Assembly (NCBI GenBank): GCA_947630945.1
Contig: CANRJN010000001.1
Location: 1-57,939 of the forward strand
DNA from: an uncultured Bacilli bacterium
GTDB taxonomy: Bacteria > Bacillota_I > Bacilli_A > RF39 > UBA660
Reading direction: 5' to 3'
DNA length: 57,939 nt
Both the position numbers and the translations under genes were made by a program. Below the pieces are notes generated by a model. The model had not been told where the DNA came from, made no database searches, and worked only from the letters and a program-made list of their open reading frames with translations. Below, piece by piece: positions 27,465-35,687 of this stretch. Within the stretch, counting starts at the first letter, position 1; every line of letters starts with the position of its first letter.

Positions 27465-27493
27465 ATTATATCATACAATTATATTTTTTTCAA
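27465..27493 (-). promoter_or_regulatory. Proximal sigma-A-type promoter of the sugar transferase operon
   Basis: Minus strand reads TTGAAA (27493-27488), 17-nt spacer, TATAAT (27470-27465). A GGGGTG Shine-Dalgarno lies at ~27445 before the ATG at 27434. Confidence 0.5.
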
Positions 27494-27656
27494 CCTATAA
27501 ATTATATCTATAAGTAATTATAATATAACATTTAAATTAATGTTATGTCAATTATATTTTATGGAAAATCAAATTTTAAGTTAAGTATGTGTAAATTAAT
27601 TCTATTTTCACAATAATTTTACATTCAAAATTTAATTTTCTATTTCTATTATATCG

Positions 27657-27671
27657 TATATATATATATAT
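27657..27671. repeat. (TA)7 tract forming the spacer of a distal promoter-like element
   Basis: tatatatatatatat read directly. It is flanked on the minus strand by TTGATA (27674-27669) and TATAAT (27653-27648) with a 15-nt spacer. Confidence 0.85.
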
Positions 27672-27674
27672 CAA

Positions 27675-27691
27675 GGGTAAGTTGTAAACTT
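27675..27691. repeat. Left copy of a 17-bp target-site duplication of the IS
   Basis: gggtaagttgtaaactt is identical to 29209-29225 (18 bp if the preceding a is included). Confidence 0.8.
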
Positions 27692-29208
27692 TGTTAAACC
27701 TTTTTTAAAATGTCAGTATAAGATTTTTTAGAAATGTCAGTATTATTATATGATAGAATATACCTTTGGAAAGGAGGTATATTTTTAATATTATATGAAA
27801 AAAGATAAAGAAAAAGCTCTTAATCTTTTAAAACAAAAAGTAAATGGTGAAATTAAAATTACATATCGTGAAATAACTAAACAAACTGGTTATCAAGAAA
27901 GGCAATTAATAAGATTATCTCAACAAATAGAAAAAAAGGATATTTCTTCTTTATTAGTTCATGGTTTATTAGGTAAACCTTCAAATAACTCTGTTCCCAC
28001 CAAAGAATTAGATTATATTAAGAACTTTAAAAAAAAATATCCGAGTATTACTATATCACAATTTATGGATATTTACCACGAAGATGTTATTTGGAATAAA
28101 AATAAACAAGATGATGTAAAAAACTATAATCTTAAAGTAAGAAGTAAATCTTTCTTTCAACAATTATATAAAAAAGAAGGTTGGAAATCTCCCATAAAAC
28201 ATAAATGTTTTAAAGGTGAAAAACAGGTTCATTCTTTAAGAGATCCATCTCCTAGAAGAGGTATCCTTATTATGGTTGATGGTACTCCTCATGATTGGTT
28301 TGGTAATGGTAAAAAGTTTTCTCTACATATGGCGATTGATGATGCAACAGGTGAAATTCTTGCTGGCTGGTTTATGCCTACTGAATGTTTATTAGGTTAC
28401 TGTCATTTATTTAAAATTTTATTTGAAAAATATGGAATACCTATCTCTATTTATTCCGATAGAACTACTATTTTATGGGACCCAAAAGATGGCGAGCTAA
28501 CCGAAGTCGGAAGAATGTTAGATGAACTTGGCATTGAACTCATTTATGCTAATTCTCCAGAAGCAAAAGGTAAAATTGAAAAAATGAATTTTACAATTCA
28601 AAATAGATTATTAAATGATATTATTAGATTTAATATTAAAACTTATGATGAATTAAACAAATGGTTTAATAATTATTATATTGAATATATAAATAAAAAA
28701 TTTGCTTATAAGCCAAAAGAAGAGGAAACGGAATTTGTACCTTTAGATGGTCAAGATTTATCTAATATATTTTGTATCAAAGCCACAAGAACTATTTTAA
28801 ATGGTAATATGATATCTATTAATAATGAATATTATATTCCTATTGATGAATATGGAAATGATTATGTATTTTACAAAGGTACAAGTGTTGAAGTTTGGCA
28901 AGATGTATTCAATCCTAAATTAGTTAGAATATTTAAAAATAATAAAATTTATGGTACAAGACACATTCAAGGTCATAGAAGTGATCCTGTTAAACGAGAA
29001 CAAAAAAGAATTGATGATCAAAAGATGCTTGAACAAGTTTTAAGAGAAAGAGATGAAAGATTAAAAGCAAGGGCGAGACGAAGTTGAGTTTATCTTGACC
29101 CTTGCTTTTTAGATTTCATTAACTACAATTTTTTATTTCAAACAAAGCTTGCTTTTGTTTGTTACCTATCAATTAATTAAAAACTGACATTTCTAAAAAA
29201 TCTTAACA
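27692..29208 (+). mobile_element. Insertion sequence, IS1202/ISNCY-like, 1517 bp
   Basis: Imperfect 26-bp terminal inverted repeats: tgttaaaccttttttaaaatgtcagt at the left, and the reverse complement of the right end is tgttaagattttttagaaatgtcagt (21/26 match, starts TGT). One DDE transposase gene, flanked by identical 17-bp direct repeats. Confidence 0.8.
27795..29087 (+). CDS. DDE (rve/integrase-core type) transposase with N-terminal HTH
   Basis: 430 aa. Candidate catalytic residues lie in IMVDGTPHDWF, IYSDRTTILW and NSPEAKGKIEKMN. A GCAAGGG...CCCTTGC hairpin plus T-run spans the stop. Confidence 0.8.
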   Translation: MKKDKEKALNLLKQKVNGEIKITYREITKQTGYQERQLIRLSQQIEKKDISSLLVHGLLGKPSNNSVPTKELDYIKNFKKKYPSITISQFMDIYHEDVIWNKNKQDDVKNYNLKVRSKSFFQQLYKKEGWKSPIKHKCFKGEKQVHSLRDPSPRRGILIMVDGTPHDWFGNGKKFSLHMAIDDATGEILAGWFMPTECLLGYCHLFKILFEKYGIPISIYSDRTTILWDPKDGELTEVGRMLDELGIELIYANSPEAKGKIEKMNFTIQNRLLNDIIRFNIKTYDELNKWFNNYYIEYINKKFAYKPKEEETEFVPLDGQDLSNIFCIKATRTILNGNMISINNEYYIPIDEYGNDYVFYKGTSVEVWQDVFNPKLVRIFKNNKIYGTRHIQGHRSDPVKREQKRIDDQKMLEQVLRERDERLKARARRS

Positions 29209-29225
29209 GGGTAAGTTGTAAACTT
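29209..29225. repeat. Right copy of the 17-bp target-site duplication
   Basis: gggtaagttgtaaactt is identical to 27675-27691. Confidence 0.8.
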
Positions 29226-29256
29226 AAAGTCTAAATTATAAAATTTTTACATATCA

Positions 29257-30918
29257 TTACTTTATATATTTGTTTAAATTTTTTATTGCAATATTAAATT
29301 CACTATACATGGCAGGTCTTTTAACAAAATATTTTTCATTAATTTCTTTTAATATTGATTTAACAGTTTCATTAGAATTTTTCATTTGGATTATATGATT
29401 TACATTTCTTGCAAGATTACGATACTCTCTTCTATTATTTGCATACTCTGCATATTTTAAGCAAGAATATTTATAATTATATAATAATTTATTATTATAT
29501 TTTGGAAGTAAATATTTTTCATAATTTATAATATAATTCATACCATGACTATATACATTTAAATATAACTCATCATACATTTTTTCTTCTATAAATATTT
29601 CATTTAATTTCTTTTCACTTGACTCATCTTTTCTTAAATTTTCTATTATTTTATTTCTTTCTATATCCCAATCTTTATTATTATAAAGTTTCTTAATTTT
29701 AAGATATGTATCTATATCATATTTATCAAATTTATAAAAGATTTTATATAATATATCTTTATATTCGTTAATCTGATTATTTGCTAAATATATTTCAGAT
29801 AATTTATTTGCATAAGTTTTACTATCATAATTATTTTCATCTAATCTTTCTTCTAATTTTTTAATTGCATCAAATACTTTATTATTTTTTATTAATTCAT
29901 CAATATATTTTATAAAAACATCTGAATCATATGAATATTTTTCTAAAACTTGAATTATTTTTTCTTTTTCCTCCTTAAACTCATAAATTTTAGTTAAATA
30001 ATTAACATAATTTATTCTCTTATAAAAATATATTTTATCATTAGAACTATCAAGTTTTATTTCTAAAAATTTTTTTATTTCATCTAAATATAATTTATCA
30101 TAAATAAAATATTCTAATATAGGTTCTAAATCTACTCCATAATTATATAAATTATCTGTTTTTAATTCATCTATTACATAATCAAAAATCATTTTTAATA
30201 TATCACTATTTTTATTATCAATCTCATCTAAAATATCAAAAATTATTTCAATAGAATTTTCTGCTATAACTGATGTTGAACCACTCGAATCATCAATATT
30301 AGTATTAGGAATTGAATCTAAAATAGTCATAATAATTATTAATGCAGTTTTATAGTCCTCATTATCTACTAATTTACTTGCTTCATCAATAAATTCATTC
30401 ATAGTATGTTCATATTTAAATGTATTAGTATAATCAATATATCCATCTCTATTACAACATCTATCAATAGCATTATAAATTTTATTTTCATATTCTTCTT
30501 TTGATAATTTTGGAAAATATTTACTAAATTCTATTCTAAATCTATTTAATAATTCACTATCATTTTTTAAATTTTCATAAATAAATTTTTTTATTTCTTT
30601 TTCAGGTACCACATTAACAATATTTTCTAAATTATAATCGTTATTTTCTTTATCTATTCCTTTATCATTTAAATAATATAATAATGCAGCCATATGTTTA
30701 CAATATTCACCAGATTCAAAATAAGGGCAACTACATTCTCCATCAATAAAAATATTATCTATAATTTCAAGTTCAACTTTATAATCATAATTTCCAATTA
30801 CTATTGCACTAACAATATTATCATTTACTACTATATTACTAACTCTATTTTCACAATAATATTCATATCCTCTTTTCAAAATATAATCATTAAAATCATT
30901 TTCAAACTTTATTTTCAT
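29257..30918 (-). CDS. SWIM zinc-finger protein with long alpha-helical repeat C-terminal region
   Basis: 553 aa. CSCPYFESGEYCKHMAALLYYL fits the CxCx(n)CxH SWIM motif. The rest is helical and low in complexity. Confidence 0.7.
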   Translation of the reverse strand: MKIKFENDFNDYILKRGYEYYCENRVSNIVVNDNIVSAIVIGNYDYKVELEIIDNIFIDGECSCPYFESGEYCKHMAALLYYLNDKGIDKENNDYNLENIVNVVPEKEIKKFIYENLKNDSELLNRFRIEFSKYFPKLSKEEYENKIYNAIDRCCNRDGYIDYTNTFKYEHTMNEFIDEASKLVDNEDYKTALIIIMTILDSIPNTNIDDSSGSTSVIAENSIEIIFDILDEIDNKNSDILKMIFDYVIDELKTDNLYNYGVDLEPILEYFIYDKLYLDEIKKFLEIKLDSSNDKIYFYKRINYVNYLTKIYEFKEEKEKIIQVLEKYSYDSDVFIKYIDELIKNNKVFDAIKKLEERLDENNYDSKTYANKLSEIYLANNQINEYKDILYKIFYKFDKYDIDTYLKIKKLYNNKDWDIERNKIIENLRKDESSEKKLNEIFIEEKMYDELYLNVYSHGMNYIINYEKYLLPKYNNKLLYNYKYSCLKYAEYANNRREYRNLARNVNHIIQMKNSNETVKSILKEINEKYFVKRPAMYSEFNIAIKNLNKYIK

Positions 30919-31062
30919 TTACTACTCCTAAATATTTATATAAATATTGTATCATATATAATAGTATTAATAAATTATATTTGATTTTATTAATTTTTTT
31001 GATTTATATTAATTATATAGTATAATGATAGTAGAAATTAACAAATAATGTAGGAGAAGTAT

Positions 31063-31557
31063 ATGATAGATATTAAAGATTTAAAACATTTAGCAAAACA
31101 AAAAGAAAATGAAAATTATAGATTTAGACAATTTTTAAAAATACATGCTGATGAAGAAGAATTAGATAAACAGTTTAAAGAATTGCATAATAAATATTTT
31201 AAAATATATGATTGTAAAAAATGTAGAAATTGTTGTAAAGAAATTGGAATTAGTATGGATGAAAATGAATTAAATAAAATATGCGAATATTTAAAATTAG
31301 ATAAGAATAAATATATTCAAGAACATTTAAATGAAAAATATGGAGAATATACATTTAAAGAAAAAAGATGTAAATTTTTAGATGAAAATAATAATTGTAA
31401 AGTTAAAGAATGTTTACCTAAAAGTTGTAAAGAATATCCATATACTGATAAAGAAGAAAGATTATTTAGTTTATATTCTGTTATTTCAAATGCAAGTGTT
31501 TGTCCTGTTGTATATGAAATATTAGAAGAACTTAAAAAAATATATAATTTTAGGTAA
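31063..31557 (+). CDS. YkgJ-family (UPF0153) cysteine-cluster protein
   Basis: 164 aa. CKKCRNCC plus CKFLDENNNCKVKECLPKSCKEYP cysteine clusters. GGAG Shine-Dalgarno upstream. Confidence 0.7.
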   Translation: MIDIKDLKHLAKQKENENYRFRQFLKIHADEEELDKQFKELHNKYFKIYDCKKCRNCCKEIGISMDENELNKICEYLKLDKNKYIQEHLNEKYGEYTFKEKRCKFLDENNNCKVKECLPKSCKEYPYTDKEERLFSLYSVISNASVCPVVYEILEELKKIYNFR

Positions 31558-31784
31558 TATAATTGTTTTTATAGTGGTTATTTTCATTATTAGTAGTAAA
31601 CAATATTTTTTATAAAATGGTTATTGTGCATTTAGCAAACTTTTTGCTGTGCAAATAACATCTCGTCCTCTAAAGTAATTCATAAATACTTTGACTATAT
31701 TAGTCTAATTAAGTTCTACTAATATTTAGAAAAGTTTATGTTAGTTTAGAAAAATTTCTAATTTTTGAGAATTAAAGTATAACG

Positions 31785-31839
31785 ATTTTAAAGTAAATTA
31801 CCACATACAATCAACTATTGTGGCAATTTACTTTAAAAT
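31785..31839. promoter_or_regulatory. 21-bp inverted repeat (hairpin or operator) immediately upstream of the abiEi remnant
   Basis: attttaaagtaaattaccaca (31785-31805) versus tgtggcaatttactttaaaat (31819-31839). 20/21 complementary, 13-nt loop. Confidence 0.4.
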
Positions 31840-31850
31840 TATATCAATAG

Positions 31851-32015
31851 GTGATTGAATTGATATTACTTTACAAAGAACTTATCAAACAATATAAAAG
31901 TGATTATGAAATTAAAAAGTTAATTAAAATTGGAAAGATATTTAAGATAGAAAAAGGAATTTATAGTGATCAAAAAAATGTAAATTATTTAAAAGTACTT
32001 ACTAAAAAATATCCT
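31851..32015 (+). pseudogene. Truncated abiEi-like (type IV TA antitoxin, N-terminal wHTH) gene fragment
   Basis: The first ~55 codons (…YEIKKLIKIGKIFKIEKGIYSD…LTKKYPN) resemble the AbiEi_4 N-terminal domain. The similarity stops at 32016, where fic-derived sequence begins. The rest of ORF 31851..32204 is read-through of unrelated DNA. Confidence 0.55.
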
Positions 32016-32104
32016 AACCTTTTTAATTATGTAATTGATATTCCTTTATTCCTCTTATATAAAAATCTTTATTTCTATCTTCTATATAAAATGGCTTTAT
32101 ATCA
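32016..32104 (-). pseudogene. 89-bp fic-derived fragment, a direct repeat of 34396-34484
   Basis: About 84/89 nt identical to the intact fic gene. The minus strand translates to DIKPFYIEDRNKDFYIRGIKEYQLHN*, versus Fic residues DIMPFYIEDRNKDFYIRGIKEYQLHNEKG. Confidence 0.85.
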
Positions 32105-32190
32105 ATGGTTTTTATTCTATATAAAAAGAACTGTCCATAATGAACAATTCTTATTTTTATTACATAATTATTTACATAATACAAAGTTAT

Positions 32191-32796
32191 TTATAATTTA
32201 CTAAAATCATCAATTGCATCTAAAATTTTATATATACTTGTATGTGGATTTGATTCTATTAATTCTTCACCACTACTAACAGCTCTTTTCTCTAATAGTT
32301 TTGCAGTTGTTCTAGCTTTATCAGTATTACATTTTATAAATTTATACATATCTATAGTTTCTGTATATGTACCATTTTCTTTTACAATTTCTTTTTTAAC
32401 TTTTTGACTACTATCAAATTTCAATTTATTATCTCTATAGTGTAACAAATACCATATTTCAAATGTTGGAGCCGATGTTATTATTTCTATATTATTTTTT
32501 AAACACTTCTCTTCTATTTCTTTTATCTCATTTATTCTTCTATCATCTAAATCTGTATCTAATACTAAAAATATTCTTACATTATCTTCTGATTTAATAT
32601 CTTCGTTTTGAATATATTTTAATAAATTATCTAACATACCTTTTGGATCTGTAGCATTTCCTGTTGAAAATTGTATTCTTAAATCTCTTGTGCAAAAATG
32701 TCTAAAATAATAATATTCTGATGATTTCATACCACCTTCAGAACATATTATAATTAGTGGCCTTCTTTGCTGAATTTTTATTTGTCTTCTAGCCAC
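32191..32796 (-). CDS. RloB-like Toprim-type protein (AbiLii-like), cassette 1
   Basis: 201 aa. LIIICSEGGMKSSEYYYF, LVLDTDLDD and ITSAPTFEIWYLLHY match the RloB pattern (EG..E..YF, DxD, SxPxFExWxLLH). Overlaps the ATPase gene by 19 nt. Confidence 0.75.
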   Translation of the reverse strand: MARRQIKIQQRRPLIIICSEGGMKSSEYYYFRHFCTRDLRIQFSTGNATDPKGMLDNLLKYIQNEDIKSEDNVRIFLVLDTDLDDRRINEIKEIEEKCLKNNIEIITSAPTFEIWYLLHYRDNKLKFDSSQKVKKEIVKENGTYTETIDMYKFIKCNTDKARTTAKLLEKRAVSSGEELIESNPHTSIYKILDAIDDFSKL

Positions 32797-34046
32797 AAAT
32801 CAATGTCTCTTATAAATGGTATTGCTCCATATCTACCATTTATATAACCTTTCTGAATATTTTCATCTTTTCTTACAGGAAATGAATCAAGTGGATACAA
32901 ATCAGAAACACCTGTTTTTGAATTTTTTTCAGTAAACCAAATTTGATCTCTTCTTAATAAATTAAGATTTAATAGATTTGTTGCATGTGTCATAAATATT
33001 AACTGACTATTAGCTTTATTAATATCTTTATTATTAAATAGTTTTATAAGGAACTCTACTAATACTGGATGCATGCTTTTTTCTAATTCATCAACAACAA
33101 TTATTTTAGTACTTTCAAATGATCTTTTTAAAAATGGTGCTAAAGCAAATAATACATGAGTACCTGAAGATTCATCATTAAAATCTAATTTATAATGATG
33201 TGAATTATTATTTTCATCAACGACTTCATGTTCTAATTCAATTTTTATATCATGCATTTTAAATGTACCAATTGCTTTTAAAAAAGATGGCAGATTCATA
33301 TTTACATCCATACTATCTACTTCTTTTTCTTCATAGTCAACATGCATATCTTTAATTAATATATCTGCTTCTTTCAATAATTTCAAAGTAAATTCTTTTA
33401 AACTACTATTTTCATTACAATATTCTTTTAAATCACGAGATGAAATATTATTAAAAGAATCACATGTTTCTATAGAATTACTAAGCCATAAATATGCATC
33501 TTTTGTTTTTTCATAATTCCAATTTGTTGCTGTTGATAAAAACAATTTATTTTCTGTATTTTTTAATTTCAATGAATCTAATTTATTTTTATCACTATTA
33601 AACTCATATATATTTGTTTTAGTTCTTGTAAAGATATTTGTTGGCTTTTGAGTATAATATGCATCTAATATTTCATCATAAATTTTATTTATATCTGCAC
33701 TAAAATAATATCTATACTTTATGCCATTAGTAATAAAGAAAAACTCAAATTCACTAGGTTTATTTTTTGTTGTTTCATCAAATAAAAATGGTTTCAAAAA
33801 ATTCCATTTTCCCCCTACTGGAATCAAATTAGAATTTCTTATCATAAGTATTGCACACGAAAAAGCCTTAAATAAGTTAGATTTACCAGATGCATTTGCT
33901 CCATATATAGCAGCTGTTTTTAATAAATCTAACCCATTTTTAGCAATTATATTATCTAAATTCTCATCTCCATTGCCTTTTTCCATTGATAAAGTTACTT
34001 TATTTTTAAAAGATAAAAAATTTTTAACACTAAATTCAATAAGCAT
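32778..34046 (-). CDS. ABC/AAA_21-type ATPase (AbiLi/RloA-like), cassette 1
   Basis: 422 aa. Walker A IYGANASGKSNLFK, Walker B IIVVDELEKSMHP, C-terminal RRDQIWFTEKN...GRYGAIPFI. A paralog of 52199..53440. Confidence 0.8.
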   Translation of the reverse strand: MLIEFSVKNFLSFKNKVTLSMEKGNGDENLDNIIAKNGLDLLKTAAIYGANASGKSNLFKAFSCAILMIRNSNLIPVGGKWNFLKPFLFDETTKNKPSEFEFFFITNGIKYRYYFSADINKIYDEILDAYYTQKPTNIFTRTKTNIYEFNSDKNKLDSLKLKNTENKLFLSTATNWNYEKTKDAYLWLSNSIETCDSFNNISSRDLKEYCNENSSLKEFTLKLLKEADILIKDMHVDYEEKEVDSMDVNMNLPSFLKAIGTFKMHDIKIELEHEVVDENNNSHHYKLDFNDESSGTHVLFALAPFLKRSFESTKIIVVDELEKSMHPVLVEFLIKLFNNKDINKANSQLIFMTHATNLLNLNLLRRDQIWFTEKNSKTGVSDLYPLDSFPVRKDENIQKGYINGRYGAIPFIRDIDLWLEDK

Positions 34047-34262
34047 AAACTATCCCCTCCAATATTATTATACTATTATTTATGAAAAAATATAGTTATT
34101 TTTTACTTTTTTGTATTTTTTTCACAAATTCATAAATAATATTATATATTTTAAATAATATTATTGTAATTGTCAATATAAATATTTGAATATCTATAGC
34201 AAAAGTAATTTTTTTGCTATAATTATATGTAATGTGATTCCAACATATTTAGTATATTGGAG

Positions 34263-34289
34263 AAAAAAAGAGCCTTTGCTCTTTTTTTC
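34263..34289 (-). terminator. Weak rho-independent terminator after fic
   Basis: A7-agagc-cttt-gctct-T7, a 5-bp stem. On the minus strand a T7 follows the hairpin, 30 nt past the fic stop. Confidence 0.4.
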
Positions 34290-34318
34290 GTTACTTCAAA
34301 AATTTATACCTATATATC

Positions 34319-35059
34319 TTATTTCTCATCTTCTAAAAAGTAATTAACTAATTTTTCATAATTATCTTGACTATTTAAACAAGTATCAATTAAATAACCT
34401 TTTTCATTATGTAATTGATATTCTTTTATTCCTCTTATATAAAAATCTTTATTTCTATCTTCAATATAGAATGGCATTATATCATTATTTAAACATTCTC
34501 TAAACATTATCATTCTTCCTACTCTACCATTTCCATCTTGAAAAGGATGAATTCGCTCAAATCTAACATGAAATTCTATAATATCTTCAAAACTCTTTTT
34601 AGATATTTTATTATACCAATTTAATAATTCTTTCATATCTTTTGAAACATTTTTTGGAAGAGATGTTGTAATATCCCCTACAAAATTTTTTTTCTTTTTA
34701 TATTCTCCTACATTAAACCATTCTTTTTCACTATCAGTAAGTGTTCCATCTTTTAATATAAAATGAAATTTTTTAATCATATCTTCTGATAATTTTTCAT
34801 CAATAGTATCTAACATATATTTAAATAAAGTAAAATGATTTTTAGTTTCTGTCGCGTCTTTTAAAACAATAACTTTATTACTACTTGTAAGAATAGTTCC
34901 TGTATCATATATACTAGATGTTTCATCTGGAGTTATAGTTGAACCTTCAATGTGATTTGAATTATATGCAAAATCTATCTGTGTTTTATGATAAAGATTT
35001 CCAGATAAATTCATATTTTTTTGTTCAATCAATGCTTTTTTTAATTTACTTATTTCCAT
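34319..35059 (-). CDS. fic: Fic-domain protein (AMPylase-type), class II with N-terminal inhibitory motif
   Basis: 246 aa. The HPFQDGNGRVGR Fic motif is intact. S34-N-H-I-E38-G39 fits the (S/T)xxxE(G/N) inhibitory helix motif. Confidence 0.9.
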   Translation of the reverse strand: MEISKLKKALIEQKNMNLSGNLYHKTQIDFAYNSNHIEGSTITPDETSSIYDTGTILTSSNKVIVLKDATETKNHFTLFKYMLDTIDEKLSEDMIKKFHFILKDGTLTDSEKEWFNVGEYKKKKNFVGDITTSLPKNVSKDMKELLNWYNKISKKSFEDIIEFHVRFERIHPFQDGNGRVGRMIMFRECLNNDIMPFYIEDRNKDFYIRGIKEYQLHNEKGYLIDTCLNSQDNYEKLVNYFLEDEK

Positions 35060-35095
35060 TTTTTTCTCCTATATTTTAACTTTTTCAATACAAAA

Positions 35096-35172
35096 TGGCG
35101 TCCTAGGGCAGAGTCGAACTGCCGACTTACGACTTAGGAGGTCGTTACTCTATCCAACTGAGTTACTAGGAC
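35096..35172 (-). tRNA. tRNA-Arg (anticodon CCT), CCA encoded
   Basis: The minus strand folds by hand into a cloverleaf: GTCCTAG-TA-ACTC-AGTTGGATA-GAGT-A-ACGAC-CTCCTAA-GTCGT-AAGTC-GGCAG-TTCGACT-CTGCC-CTAGGAC-GCCA. That is a 7-bp acceptor stem, 5-bp anticodon stem, loop CT-CCT-AA, T-loop TTCGACT, 77 nt in total. Confidence 0.9.
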
Positions 35173-35186
35173 ATATATAAATGTAT

Positions 35187-35687
35187 TTATTTTAACATTA
35201 AAAACATTAATAATACATTTACTTCTAATTTTAATTCATATCTTAAAAATTCATATACACTTATTAATTTATCACTTATACATACTACTTTTGATTCTTT
35301 ATAATGTGGTTTTCCTTTTACAACAGGAAACATATGTGTAAGTATAATATCTTTTTCTATATCATTTACTTTAAAACATTCTTCTGAATTTTCAAGTGCT
35401 ATTCTTGGATGATTCTTTAAAAATGTATGATAACTCATATTATTTTTACTTAAATCATCTAACGTAAAGAAATCATGCATCATAGCACCTCTTGTACAAG
35501 ATACATAATCAAGTTTTAAAGTTTTAGATATCATAAAACTAAGTTTTGCAACTCTATTTATATGATCTAATCTATTATTACCATGATGCAAAATTGATTT
35601 TAATTCTCTATATTTATTTACATTATTAAATTCACTATATATATCATAATATACTTCTTTATTCTTTTTCATAACCATCATATCCAT
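35187..35687 (-). CDS. HD-domain phosphohydrolase
   Basis: 166 aa. H...RLDHINRV...GAMMHDF (H...HD metal-binding pattern). Confidence 0.65.
   Translation of the reverse strand: MDMMVMKKNKEVYYDIYSEFNNVNKYRELKSILHHGNNRLDHINRVAKLSFMISKTLKLDYVSCTRGAMMHDFFTLDDLSKNNMSYHTFLKNHPRIALENSEECFKVNDIEKDIILTHMFPVVKGKPHYKESKVVCISDKLISVYEFLRYELKLEVNVLLMFLMLK

Noticed and set aside
30694-30984. 96-aa plus-strand ORF
   Set aside because: Antisense to the SWIM-finger region of 29257..30918. The Ile/Asn/Phe-rich translation looks like an artefact.
31558-31850. Possible att site (copy of the tRNA-Arg 3' end) or small RNA in the 293-bp non-coding gap
   Set aside because: Only short chance-level matches to the tRNA 3' end (aaaatgg, cgtcct) were seen by eye. 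No convincing direct repeat and no recognisable riboswitch or RNA motif. This needs a computational alignment to settle.
31851-32204. 117-aa ORF treated as an intact gene
   Set aside because: Only the first ~55 codons look like AbiEi. From 32016 the frame reads through the reverse complement of a fic fragment and intergenic DNA. It is therefore scored as a truncated pseudogene, not a functional CDS.
33721-34095. 124-aa plus-strand ORF antisense to the cassette-1 ATPase 5' end
   Set aside because: I considered it as a possible antisense-encoded antitoxin. It has no Shine-Dalgarno and no counterpart in paralogous cassette 3, and the overlap is fully explained by the ATPase gene.
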